Positions 18,766-28,377 of a stretch of 58,951 nt of DNA are shown piece after piece (the stretch's first letter is position 1; the number at the start of each line of letters is the position of its first letter). The translations under genes and the position numbers were made by a program. The notes under the pieces were generated by a model, which saw nothing but the letters and a program-made list of their open reading frames with translations, was not told where the DNA came from and searched no databases. The stretch is from a virus (Duplodnaviria > Caudoviricetes): positions 1-58,951 of IMG/VR virus record IMGVR_UViG_3300031227_000044. One strand, written 5' to 3'.

Positions 18766-19815
18766 TCAGGTGCCTGCTTTGCGAAGGCGTAATTTGCGTG
18801 TCTGGATTTTCGGCTGTGGCTCTCTTTGGTCTTTGTCGATGTGATGAAGCTGCCCGCCCGCCAAGACCTCGACCTCACCACGCTTTACCGCCGCCAGAAG
18901 GTCCGTAATGGCCTGCTCTCGGATTGCATGGTTGCGGGTATGGGTAGCGTCATATCCCCAGTTGTGGTCCGCAGGCGTGGCTACACAGTCGCTTCGTCTC
19001 AATCCGGCGCTGTCCGCGATTTTCTGTGCCGTTTCTCGCAGGGTTTCAATGGCCCATGGTTCTGGCTCGAAGTCAGCAGCGTCAGTGGTCGTTCCCGTCA
19101 CGGTCACTAGCGCACGGTCATCGCCAGCTTCTTCCGCTATACCAACCAGGCTATCGTTCTCACCAGAAACAGGGTGAACAACCGGTGCTTCTAACTCGAC
19201 CCCTGCGGTCCGAAACGCCTCCAGACTCCTGCTGAAATCATCCATCGAAAGTGCGCTGGACGACATTGCCTGCTGAAGCATTGTTCTTTGCACGGCATTT
19301 TCATAGCGCCGGGCCCGTTCAGCGTCAAATCGAGCCCTTACGCCAGCGGTGATGTCCTGAACAATTTCTACGCCCGTACGCTCCGTGGCCTGGCTCCGAT
19401 CATGCTCTACCACGGCATGGTCCTCGATCAGCTTGCCGACGAAAGGCCGTGCTGGGCCAATGCTTCCAAGACGAAGCATGTGTCCGTTCAGAGAAAAGAC
19501 GCGCCGTCTTGGTTGGGGAATTTCGCCCTTGAGGCCAAGAAGTTGTACCAGATCATCAGCGTGTGCAAGAGTTGCTGTCCTGAAGTACACGTTCTGCGTT
19601 TCCGCCAAGGCAATCGCGTAGGCAAGCTGGAAAGTGGTACGGCCAGATCCAATTGGTGCGCGGCGGAGTCTACCGGTGAGGGCTTCTGTATCGATTTCAA
19701 CCAGCCTGGCCCAGTGGGATTGAAGCCTATTTGGCTCAAAGCCAAGACACCGGATAGCCCGCATAGTGTGGGCACGTAACAGATATTCGTCATTTGCCAT
19801 CTTGTGTGTCCTCAT
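18766..19815 (-). CDS. Hypothetical protein with degenerate P-loop-like N-terminus and C-terminal TRKLRLRK motif
   Basis: APIGSGRTT; no clear Walker B; long ORF overlapping the upstream gene. Confidence 0.55.
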   Translation of the reverse strand: MRTHKMANDEYLLRAHTMRAIRCLGFEPNRLQSHWARLVEIDTEALTGRLRRAPIGSGRTTFQLAYAIALAETQNVYFRTATLAHADDLVQLLGLKGEIPQPRRRVFSLNGHMLRLGSIGPARPFVGKLIEDHAVVEHDRSQATERTGVEIVQDITAGVRARFDAERARRYENAVQRTMLQQAMSSSALSMDDFSRSLEAFRTAGVELEAPVVHPVSGENDSLVGIAEEAGDDRALVTVTGTTTDAADFEPEPWAIETLRETAQKIADSAGLRRSDCVATPADHNWGYDATHTRNHAIREQAITDLLAAVKRGEVEVLAGGQLHHIDKDQREPQPKIQTRKLRLRKAGT

Positions 19816-19981
19816 TGGCCCGGAGCCATGCGGTCAGGCGACTGCGCCGTACCCGGATGGTTCCCCCGACCCGAGTGACCCCCATCTCCTTGACAAGGCC
19901 ATACACCTTGGACCGCCCCACCTTCAACTCCTTGGCGATCTCCTTGGGAGTCATGAGTTCGTCTTTGTCGTGCTTGCCCAT
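19790..19981 (-). CDS. Excisionase-like HTH DNA-binding protein
   Basis: LMTPKEIAKELKVGRSKVYGLV...RVGGTIRVRRSRLTAWL. Confidence 0.8.
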   Translation of the reverse strand: MGKHDKDELMTPKEIAKELKVGRSKVYGLVKEMGVTRVGGTIRVRRSRLTAWLRANEDTQDGK

Positions 19982-19983
19982 GT

Positions 19984-20700
19984 TCACTTCCACCACTGGT
20001 AGAGGTCGTCGCACACGATGAGGCATCCCGACATCTCCGGGTCGCAACGGCCACTACAGTCCGTATCGATGAGGCATTCCACATTGTCTTCCAGACAGTC
20101 TCGGGAGCATCGGTAGTGGGGCAGGCGGTCAAAACACTCCCACAGAACCGTGCAGTCCAGCAGCCCGTACTGCATTGCAAGGCCGCACTGGCGAGAGCAG
20201 ATGATCCGGCCACAGCTTTGCGGAACCGGAAACATTACGCAGCATTCGGAGTAGCAGCCCTGGAATGGAAGGCTGGCTTCGTAAGTGCAGGCACTCCAAT
20301 CTTCTTCCGGGCAGGACGTTCCGGTGTCGTCGTCATCATTATCGTCATTGTCATCGTTGTCGTCGTTATTGTCGTTGTCGTCATCATCATTGTCATCATC
20401 GTCGTCATCGTCCAACGTGCCAGTCAGGAACCAGGGTGGCCTTTCGTCATCGCCGTCATCATCATCGCCATACCCCCCAAAGGCCACACAGCAGCCTGTA
20501 CTGGCCCCGGCGTCCTTCTGGCACACATAGCCCCGGCCCATCGCGATAGTGCACTCAGCGGTAAGGGCGCAGGCGTAGCAGCCATCGTCGTCGTCGTCGT
20601 CGTCGCCACAGCACGACAGGCTAATTACGATGAAGAACACAATGCCGATCAGGAGAAACCAGGCCCAGCAACCATTACCGTATCCATTATCTTGTCTCAT
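19984..20700 (-). CDS. Exported Asp-rich, Cys-rich lipoprotein-like protein
   Basis: Hydrophobic signal then SLSCCGDDDDDDD; poly-D/N linkers; numerous Cys; AGGAGG RBS and own promoter. Confidence 0.7.
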   Translation of the reverse strand: MRQDNGYGNGCWAWFLLIGIVFFIVISLSCCGDDDDDDDGCYACALTAECTIAMGRGYVCQKDAGASTGCCVAFGGYGDDDDGDDERPPWFLTGTLDDDDDDDNDDDDNDNNDDNDDNDDNDDDDTGTSCPEEDWSACTYEASLPFQGCYSECCVMFPVPQSCGRIICSRQCGLAMQYGLLDCTVLWECFDRLPHYRCSRDCLEDNVECLIDTDCSGRCDPEMSGCLIVCDDLYQWWK

Positions 20701-20720
20701 CTTGTACCTCCTATGCGGAA

Positions 20721-20750
20721 AGAATGGCACAATCCGGTACAGGATGTCAA
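20721..20750 (-). promoter_or_regulatory. Promoter of the lipoprotein-like gene
   Basis: TTGACA-N18-CATTCT. Confidence 0.45.
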
Positions 20751-20877
20751 GCTTTAATACAATTAAGGGAGTTTTGAGGAACAACTGGCCGGTAATACTG
20801 GTGATAAGCGGAGCGAACAGGAACATCCGGAGGGCGCCACAGGGCCTGGCTCTACCCTCCATGTGTGTCAGATATGC

Positions 20878-22071
20878 TTACACGGGTTCCACGAATCCCT
20901 CGTCAGTTATGGGTCGCCAGATTATGTGAAAGTGCATCTTGCCGCCGACTTGGCTGCCGGTAACGTTCCACCGGATAAAGGTGTCAAAGTCCACGTCTGC
21001 ATTCAACACAATGCTTCTCTTTTTAGGATCCACGCCTTTATCGACGGTAGGCGACCCTGCATTGAAAAGCGTTACTTTTTTACCTGGGTCCTCCGTCTTC
21101 ATTGCTATGGTTCCCACCGGGGCTGTGCTAAGGTCTGCCCCATTATCGAGGGTCATGTCCTCTTGAGCGGGAGATCCGCCACCCGCTGTCCATAGATCAA
21201 AATAAGCATCCGTATTCGTGCCCACCAAAGCGCTTGTGTCAACATGCCCGAAAATTTCCAGGACCTCTACTGCCCCCGTTACCTGGAATAAATTGTATTC
21301 AGTATCAGCACTCATCGTTATCAGTTTGTATTTTGTTTCTGGATAAGCAAATCTGGTCCAGACATTAGCATTATCTACGTCAACCCATCTGCCGTCTCCA
21401 CCACCTGTTGAGCAGTCAACGACCGTCCAATTGGTAGTGGCGGCACCAAGGTAATACCCCGATGTTTGATGTCCGCTGGAGGTGCAGTCACTGAGAATTC
21501 CCGTATTCGAACCGGTGACGTTGAAGCCATAAGTAGCCGCGTCCCCAACAGTACCGCAACCGTATAATCCTGCCTGTGCTCCCGTTACGTTAAATCCTGA
21601 AAAAGTATTCGCAGGGAATCCCGCCAAACAATTATTCAGGATAGCGCCTTCTCCGGTAATTTGGTAGCAATCTGCCCCGTCAACCACTTTGACATTATTA
21701 AGAACGCACTCGTCCCCGCTTACAAGTGTCCCCCCGGCGGCACTGTCTGGAGTTATCCTTAAGAAGCCATCAATTTCACATGAATTGCCCGATACGATTA
21801 GGCCCGTACCAGATGCGGGGTCAATAAGTGTTCCTCTTTCGCACCACATCTCACACGAACTACAAGCTAAATTAAGATTTAGCTCTGTGTACGTCCCTGC
21901 CGTAACGTTCAAAGCGTCACCACTGGACATTGCAGCGATTCCCGCTTTTATTGTTTCGAAGGCAGATTTTGGGGTTTTGCCTGAGTTGGTGTTGCTCCCG
22001 GTCCCTTTGTTTACGTACCAAATACCACCACCAAATTTCGGAATCTGTAAAGTATTGTTTATATAAGACAT
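20878..22071 (-). CDS. Right-handed beta-helix (pectin-lyase-like) protein, probably virion-associated
   Basis: WYVNKGTGSNTNSGKTPKSAFETI...GDALNVTAGTYTE N-terminal motif and regular G/N/C beta-helix repeats. Confidence 0.7.
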   Translation of the reverse strand: MSYINNTLQIPKFGGGIWYVNKGTGSNTNSGKTPKSAFETIKAGIAAMSSGDALNVTAGTYTELNLNLACSSCEMWCERGTLIDPASGTGLIVSGNSCEIDGFLRITPDSAAGGTLVSGDECVLNNVKVVDGADCYQITGEGAILNNCLAGFPANTFSGFNVTGAQAGLYGCGTVGDAATYGFNVTGSNTGILSDCTSSGHQTSGYYLGAATTNWTVVDCSTGGGDGRWVDVDNANVWTRFAYPETKYKLITMSADTEYNLFQVTGAVEVLEIFGHVDTSALVGTNTDAYFDLWTAGGGSPAQEDMTLDNGADLSTAPVGTIAMKTEDPGKKVTLFNAGSPTVDKGVDPKKRSIVLNADVDFDTFIRWNVTGSQVGGKMHFHIIWRPITDEGFVEPV

Positions 22072-22084
22072 CTAATCGATCTCC

Positions 22085-24049
22085 TTAGACAACGAATAAA
22101 TCCGACCCATTACAATAAACAGTAATCGAATCGTAATCACCAGTAATAACGGCTGTAGCCTGGCCATCAATTGTCTGACCACCTTCTGTAGTAAGCGTAA
22201 TGTTGAAGGCGGAAGCATTGCCACTAGCATCCTTAATAACTAAATAACGACCGGAGGTCATCTGTGCTGTTTTCCAATCAATAGCACAAGTACCAGCAGC
22301 AGTACGTGTAACATGGAGGATATCATCTGCAAGGAGTAGATCATAATTAGCTACGTTTACGGTTGTGACCGCTTTAAAGCGGTCTGCCTTTGCATCAACA
22401 GCGGTCTTCACTGCCTTCTGAGTAACCAAGCTCGTGTCTACGTTACCAGCAAGATCAGTCTTGATCAGCGTGATCCCAGGACCGGCCAACTCACCGATCC
22501 TGACAGCACCAACTAGAGTAGCTTCATCTGGATTATAGGCCAGGATTACGTCGCCTTCTGCTCCATCAACTCCACCACCACCATCTTCTTCACCAGCAAG
22601 TCCACCATAAATATAATTATCTCCGCCATCTCCGCCATCACCTGATGTATCGGCATCACCCCCAGGGCCCGCTCCTAATCGTATACCACCACCCTTAAAT
22701 CCACCACCGACTCCACTTGGCCCTCCTCCACCAGAACCCATAAAGATTATATCGCCAGAGTCAGAGTCTTCACTACCAGTAAATAATGCGATACGAAAAT
22801 CGGAAGAAGATACCCCTCCTAAAACAATTAATCCCCCAGGTATACCATAAGGAGTCCCATCTGATAATGCAAATAGCTCTTCACCAGAGCCGTTTATGGT
22901 AGGGTCTAATACTATTTTGCCATATTCTGAACCACTTGTTTTATCCATTATCTGTGTATATACACCGCCATACTCTACTTTATTTGGTGTTGCTGCATCG
23001 TCATAACCATATAGAGCAATTTGACCAGCTATATCACCCTCACTTGGAGCTGTATCGGAACTTTGCACGAACAATAGGTTAGCAGCATATACTCCTCTTT
23101 CTGCTATGGTCATTTTTTCAACACCAGCCATACTGAAATGATAAACTCCAGGAGTCCCTGCGCCTGAAGTGGTTCGTGTGTCAATTTTAATATGACTTAA
23201 TTTCTGTGCTCCAACATCATAAACTGACTGAATTGTTAGTGCATCTGAAACACTAGAGCCCAACGATATAACTGGATTTCCATCATTCGTGGCATCATAA
23301 ATTTCTAAATCTGTCAATCCTGTTATATCATGACCATCTACATCTAATGTCGCATCCAATTTACCATCTGCGCCAATAATGTTGTTGATCGCAGCCCGGA
23401 CTTCGGTATCAAGAACATGTTGGTCGTCGGCCAGAAGGCCTGAGAGAGCGGTAACGGAGATTTCATCTGTCCCGCCGTTCTCGTGGCTCCCATGGTGGCC
23501 TTGTGGCGCGTTGTTGGCGGTCACGTCCGCAAGAGCCTCCATGCCATCGAGTTTCGTCTTGTCGGCCCCGGACATGAGGCCGGAATTGCCGGCTGCAATC
23601 GCATCGGCAATCGTGTCCCCACCGCCCGTGACGTGGGTTGCAGCATGGTCTTTCGGTGGCTGGTCGTCGGCAAGTTCGCCGCTCAGGCCGGCCACGTTGA
23701 TCTCGTCACCGCCGCCGTTCTGGTGGGTCGCTGCATGAAGTTGGGCATGGTGGTCGTCAGTGGTCTGCCCGCTCGTGGAAGCATGGGGAAGGGTCCCGGT
23801 GTGATCCACTCCATCAATGGCATGGGCCTGGTTGTGATGATCGTTCGCCGTCTTTCCGGAAGTAGAAGCATGGGGCAACGTGCCCGTATGGGCCGACCCA
23901 GAGATATCATGGGCAAGAGGTGTCTGGGCATCGCCAGCAAGACCGGACAGCCCCGCGATGGAAACTTCGTCAGCCCCACCATTCTCATGCGTGGGCGCGT
24001 GGACACCAGGCACTCCGCCGTTCGTCTTGGGTGTTATGCGAATAGTCAT
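22085..24049 (-). CDS. Fibre-like structural protein with His-rich repeats
   Basis: Start MTIRITPK; HxxxHxxGGxD repeats; SGLMSGADKTKLDG fibre motif; Gly-rich segment; C-terminal IKDASG...TIDG domain. Confidence 0.75.
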   Translation of the reverse strand: MTIRITPKTNGGVPGVHAPTHENGGADEVSIAGLSGLAGDAQTPLAHDISGSAHTGTLPHASTSGKTANDHHNQAHAIDGVDHTGTLPHASTSGQTTDDHHAQLHAATHQNGGGDEINVAGLSGELADDQPPKDHAATHVTGGGDTIADAIAAGNSGLMSGADKTKLDGMEALADVTANNAPQGHHGSHENGGTDEISVTALSGLLADDQHVLDTEVRAAINNIIGADGKLDATLDVDGHDITGLTDLEIYDATNDGNPVISLGSSVSDALTIQSVYDVGAQKLSHIKIDTRTTSGAGTPGVYHFSMAGVEKMTIAERGVYAANLLFVQSSDTAPSEGDIAGQIALYGYDDAATPNKVEYGGVYTQIMDKTSGSEYGKIVLDPTINGSGEELFALSDGTPYGIPGGLIVLGGVSSSDFRIALFTGSEDSDSGDIIFMGSGGGGPSGVGGGFKGGGIRLGAGPGGDADTSGDGGDGGDNYIYGGLAGEEDGGGGVDGAEGDVILAYNPDEATLVGAVRIGELAGPGITLIKTDLAGNVDTSLVTQKAVKTAVDAKADRFKAVTTVNVANYDLLLADDILHVTRTAAGTCAIDWKTAQMTSGRYLVIKDASGNASAFNITLTTEGGQTIDGQATAVITGDYDSITVYCNGSDLFVV

Positions 24050-24053
24050 GACA

Positions 24054-24404
24054 TCAACCCCCCAGGGCTTGCCACTGAAGCTTCTGCCCAGCAGTGTCGG
24101 ATATCGCGTACAGCTTCTCCACATCCAGGAATGCACTCGAGCCAGGCTCCCAGTCACCGCTGTACACGATCGACTGGCTCTTCTCGATCGACACCGCCCC
24201 ACCGGCCACCACGCCACTGTTGCCAATCGAGATCGTGGCAGTCGCGGAGTTCCCGTTCGGCGCCACACCATCGGTGCTCTGGAACACCACCGACTGCACC
24301 TTCTCCAAATCACTGATCTGGCCAGGTGCGATAATGAGACCAGCAGCCACCGCACTCACCTCGATCTCGCCCTGAGCCAATATCTCCAATGTGAAGTCTG
24401 CCAT
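24054..24404 (-). CDS. Small beta-rich hypothetical protein, probably virion-associated
   Basis: MADFTLE start after GGAGGG; directly upstream of the fibre gene. Confidence 0.55.
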   Translation of the reverse strand: MADFTLEILAQGEIEVSAVAAGLIIAPGQISDLEKVQSVVFQSTDGVAPNGNSATATISIGNSGVVAGGAVSIEKSQSIVYSGDWEPGSSAFLDVEKLYAISDTAGQKLQWQALGG

Positions 24405-24462
24405 CGCTTCAAGCCCTCCACTCTGAGTGAAAAATGTCAATACCTACAGCCTCTAAATCAAA

Positions 24463-24492
24463 ACCCTAAAACATTATTTCCATACTTGTCAA
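24463..24492 (-). promoter_or_regulatory. Possible promoter of fibre operon
   Basis: TTGACA-N18-TAGGGT. Confidence 0.35.
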
Positions 24493-24527
24493 GGGGGAAG
24501 GTCTGGGCGGGTATTATGGAGGGAAGG

Positions 24528-25686
24528 TTAAAGGGCCAGGTTCAGCCGCCCCTGCGCCGCGTATGGCTCGATTTGCTTCCGGGCCATCTCGCAGTATTCG
24601 GGGTTTGTTTCGATGCCTTTAAACTTTCGGCCAAGCTTGACCGCAGCAACGCCGCTTTTCCCCGATCCGCAGAACGGGTCCAGCACCGTATCCCCGATCC
24701 GCGAACCGGCAAGGATCATCCTGGTAACAAGCTTTTCGGGCCAGACCGCGAAATGCGCCCCCGGGAATGGCTGTGTCGGGATGGTCCAGACGTTGCGGGC
24801 GTTCCGGCCGGCAGGATGGCAGGCTTTTGTAATGTCGGTGGCAAGCGTCTGTCCGCCTGGGCCGTTGGTCCACTTGTGGTTTTCGCTACGTCCTCGCCCG
24901 ACACGGGCCAACGAATCGTCTTTGTGTGGTTCTCTTATCGCGTCCGCGTCGTAGTAGTACCTTTCCGACTTGGCCAGCAAAAACACGTGCTCATGCGAGG
25001 ATGTCGGCCTATCGGTTACGCTTTCCGGCATACAGTTGGGCTTGTGCCATATGATGTCCGACCGCAGATACCAGCCATCGGCCTGCAATGCGAAGGCAAC
25101 GCGCCACGGGATGCCCACGAGGTCCTTGTGCTTCAGGCCAAGGGAAGAAGCATCGTTTTCACGCCGAACAGGTGACTGTTCCTGCGCTTTTCCGCCGGCA
25201 AGCCCGGTTGTACCGTGTCCGCTGTGTGACTTTTTGTGGCCAATGGAGCAGTAAGAGTCCCCTAAGTTCAGCCACAGCGTCCCGTCATCTCGCAGGACCC
25301 GCTTGGCCTCCCGGAAGATGGCCACCAGGTGCTCCACGTAGAGTTCCGGGGTAGGCTCAAGGCCGAGTTGCCCCAACCAGGCCCCGCACTTCTGGCAGAA
25401 CTGCCCGCTTCCGGCTGTCTGGCCCTTGCCAGCGGCGTCGGCTGACTTCCACTTGGTTTGCTCAACCTGCCCCGGGTGGTGAGATGGACCGATGTCGCCC
25501 CACTGGTGCTCACAGGCAGGATCGCCACCCCACTCGGCCGGCTCACCCCCGTAGTCCCTTAGACCCCAATAGGGCGGAGACGTGGCCAGCATTTGAACCG
25601 ACCCCGACTCCATGCCAGCCATCACGTCCAGGCAGTCGCCTTCGATGACAGAATGAGTTACCAGTGGATCAGGCTTTGTTTCCAAA
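24528..25686 (-). CDS. DNA methyltransferase, N4-cytosine/N6-adenine beta class (start approximate)
   Basis: GDCL, TSPPYW (motif IV), GAHFAVWP, LDPFCGSG (motif I); Cys-rich insertion. Confidence 0.93.
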
Positions 25687-25720
25687 TAAACCGCCAATGC
25701 AAGATCGTGGTGGGGAGAAC

Positions 25721-25750
25721 AATATAAACCAAAGCGCAGAAGGATGTCAA
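25721..25750 (-). promoter_or_regulatory. Promoter of methyltransferase gene
   Basis: TTGACA-N18-TATATT; implies the listed ORF start at 25754 is too far upstream. Confidence 0.55.
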
Positions 25751-26347
25751 GCACAACTCAACTTGTAAGGATCGCTTACAGGTTCGGAATGAATCAGCAG
25801 GGGGGGGGACCAAACCGAACCCTCTTACGCACGAATGCAGAATCCGGGCCAACTTGTCACTAACGAAACGCCAGTTGTGAGGCACAAGCTATCTTGTCAA
25901 TAACGAATGAGACACAAAATTCAGTTCCCCGATATCATCGGACATCTGACAAAATCTCACAACACCAACCCGGGGGATTTTTTCGGATTCAAAATCTCGG
26001 AACCAGGAACCAGGGGAATTGAAGAAAGGGGGCGGCGGAAACCCAGAGGTAGACCAGAGAGACCAGAGAGACACCCCTGTCCGGACCACAATTCTGAATT
26101 CCTGGCGGACAATGGATTTGCGTCTTGAGGCCCCCAATACCTCTAAAGCTTTTGTTCCCACCCTTACCCCCATTACTTTTAGGATTTGGATCGCCAGAAG
26201 GTAGGGAAGGTCCCCGGCTCGCGCTTGTGGCGCTCGGCCCCTAACATCTGTTAGCGTGCAGGCTCCCGGGCTGACCAAACAAACCTTAATGTGATTTGAC
26301 AATCACACGAACATTCCAATTAATCGCACATTAACAGAACTTTATAC

Positions 26348-26376
26348 TTGACAACCTAGCCTTGCCAGTCTAGAAT
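26348..26376 (+). promoter_or_regulatory. Strong early promoter P1
   Basis: TTGACA-N17-TAGAAT with AT-rich upstream sequence. Confidence 0.8.
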
Positions 26377-26401
26377 AACAACATCACCTATAGGAGACAA
26401 C

Positions 26402-26461
26402 ATGGAAATCATCGCGTATCTGTTAACCGTCGCCGTCTTGGCCGTCATCGTCAACATCTAG
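26402..26461 (+). CDS. 19-aa hydrophobic peptide MEIIAYLLTVAVLAVIVNI
   Basis: AGGAG RBS, ATG...TAG, first ORF after P1; below the ORF-track length cut-off. Confidence 0.65.
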   Translation: MEIIAYLLTVAVLAVIVNI

Positions 26462-26518
26462 CATCAAGGCAGGCGGCGAGCCCTGCGCCGTTCACCTTGA
26501 AACCAGATGGAGGATACC

Positions 26519-27622
26519 ATGGGCCACGTTCTAGCCATTGCCATCTTGTGCGGTCAGGCCTGGGCTGTCCGTTGGCTGATCTTGACCATGTTGCGCCAGT
26601 CGGAGATCAACAGGCAAGCGCGTGCAGCAGCACCCAAGGGTCCACACAGGCGGAGCGGTCCCCGGAAACCAGCCAAGGTGGAGCCTGAAGCGGTCCCCAT
26701 GGCCCAAAGGGTAACAGCCCCTGCCAAGCGTACCCTGATCAGCCCGGAAGAGGTGCAGGCCAACCTGGACGCCATCAAGGCCAAAGAGTTTCTGGCCGTC
26801 CACCGTTCCGAAGTAGGGCAAGCCCTGGCAAGCCTAGGTTACAGCAGGCAAGAAACCGCTCCCTACCTTGCGAGCCTGTTGACCGTGGACGACGTAGCAA
26901 GCACAATCAAGGCCTATTTGCAGTGCAGGCAACCGAAACGAGTGCAGGCAAGCCCTAGCGCACACAATGAAGTTAAACAGGCCGAAAGAGTTGAGTTAAA
27001 GCCCCCTGTGGATAACTCTGAAGTTGAGCGGATTCAAAGGCCTTTGCCTGTGCAAAACCCAAAACCCATTACCGTTAAAGCGCCCGATCAAACCAAGTTA
27101 AAAGCACACTACAACGGCAAGGGCTTTAAAGACTTCGGCCCTGATAGCAAGATCACTACCATGTCCAAAGGAATGGCAGTACAGGCGCTGGTGGACAATC
27201 CGATCAATGGATACTTCCTCGAAAACGCCCCTCTTAATGTTACCCTTACGGGTAACGTTAAAGACTACATCTTGGAGCAGATCAGAGAGCACCACATCAA
27301 GGGCAGGAAGCTTCCTGAATACTGGACAGACCGGATTATTCAGGCCCTGGACCTTTGCGTGATGGAACAAATCAGGGTTTACAATGGCAAGTACGCACCG
27401 GCCGGCATTATCAAAAAGGCAATCGAAGAACGGTTTCCCGTATACTTTCCAGACACTTGGGATTTTGATTGCACGCTAGCAAGCAAACCAACAGGGCTTT
27501 CAAGCGGTGAAGTTGACGCATTAAACCATGAAATGGATGCGCTAGCACGCAAAAACAAAGAACTAGAATCCAGACTACAGGCAATCCAGACCACGGACGA
27601 TACCAGCGATTGCCCTTTCTAG
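26519..27622 (+). CDS. Early protein with N-terminal hydrophobic segment and RuvA C-terminal-like domain
   Basis: GGAGGA RBS; EVGQALASLGYSRQETAPYL...TIKAYL resembles RuvA domain III. Confidence 0.6.
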   Translation: MGHVLAIAILCGQAWAVRWLILTMLRQSEINRQARAAAPKGPHRRSGPRKPAKVEPEAVPMAQRVTAPAKRTLISPEEVQANLDAIKAKEFLAVHRSEVGQALASLGYSRQETAPYLASLLTVDDVASTIKAYLQCRQPKRVQASPSAHNEVKQAERVELKPPVDNSEVERIQRPLPVQNPKPITVKAPDQTKLKAHYNGKGFKDFGPDSKITTMSKGMAVQALVDNPINGYFLENAPLNVTLTGNVKDYILEQIREHHIKGRKLPEYWTDRIIQALDLCVMEQIRVYNGKYAPAGIIKKAIEERFPVYFPDTWDFDCTLASKPTGLSSGEVDALNHEMDALARKNKELESRLQAIQTTDDTSDCPF

Positions 27623-27673
27623 CGCCAAGGTGGCACCTAGGGTGGACAAACTATCAACGAGGTAGGCAAGGGT

Positions 27674-27892
27674 ATGGCTAACATGACCAAAGGGCAGCAA
27701 GGCACCTTAGCGGGACGATTTGAACGGGTAACAGGAAAGGCACTCCGCCCCCTTGGCACCGATGCACAGCCCAGCTTGTGGGACAAACAGGCAAGGCCAA
27801 CCTTTCCCGTGCCTGCACAGAGCACAAAGAAGGGCAGTGATTCCAAAGCCATGCCTGTTGTCGACCAGGAAAAACAGGAGCCCTTATGCTGA
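27674..27892 (+). CDS. Hypothetical protein
   Basis: ORF on the early strand, weak RBS. Confidence 0.3.
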   Translation: MANMTKGQQGTLAGRFERVTGKALRPLGTDAQPSLWDKQARPTFPVPAQSTKKGSDSKAMPVVDQEKQEPLC

Positions 27893-28093
27893 CCAGGGCC
27901 ACCCCCAACGGACCCAATTTGCAGGGACATGGGACCAGCAAAACGGCCAGTTTGCACGCTGAAAACAGGGGCCGGGAGCACGGAAATACAGAAAGGGCCC
28001 GCTACCTAAAGGAAATTATAATATATACTACCCTTCCCAGTCTTCTCCTAAAGAGTTTCCCTCTTAGCAGAAGAAAGAGAGAGAGGAAAAACC

Positions 28094-28357
28094 ATGAACG
28101 AGTCGGTAGTTCATCCGTTGGAGTGCTTGGAAGCGTGGCCGGAGTTGTTCGGGCCGTTTGCTAGTGCGTGGAGCAAGTTGTCAGAGATGGCCGAGGCCGT
28201 GCCCGGTAGCGCTTCGGAACTTGGTGCGCATTGTGCGGATCGGTTGGAGACTGCCGCGGCTGATCTGATGCGCGTAAACCATGACGGGGACCACACGGAA
28301 AAGATCCAGGCATTGAGAGAGGCCGCGCGGATATTCCGTGGCCGTTTCTGCAACTAA
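28094..28357 (+). CDS. Hypothetical early protein
   Basis: GAGG RBS, helical composition. Confidence 0.6.
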   Translation: MNESVVHPLECLEAWPELFGPFASAWSKLSEMAEAVPGSASELGAHCADRLETAAADLMRVNHDGDHTEKIQALREAARIFRGRFCN

Positions 28358-28377
28358 CACCTTCTGGAGGAAATCAG

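Noticed and set aside
19790-19981. Excisionase-like gene as evidence of lysogeny
   Set aside because: No integrase, att site or CI-like repressor in the window; such HTH genes are common next to packaging modules
24050-24355. N-terminal extension of the 756-aa fibre ORF
   Set aside because: Overlaps the upstream gene in another frame; the credible start is ATG 24049
26290-26307. TGTGA...TCACA as a CRP site
   Set aside because: Spacer is 8 bp rather than 6; kept only as a generic palindrome
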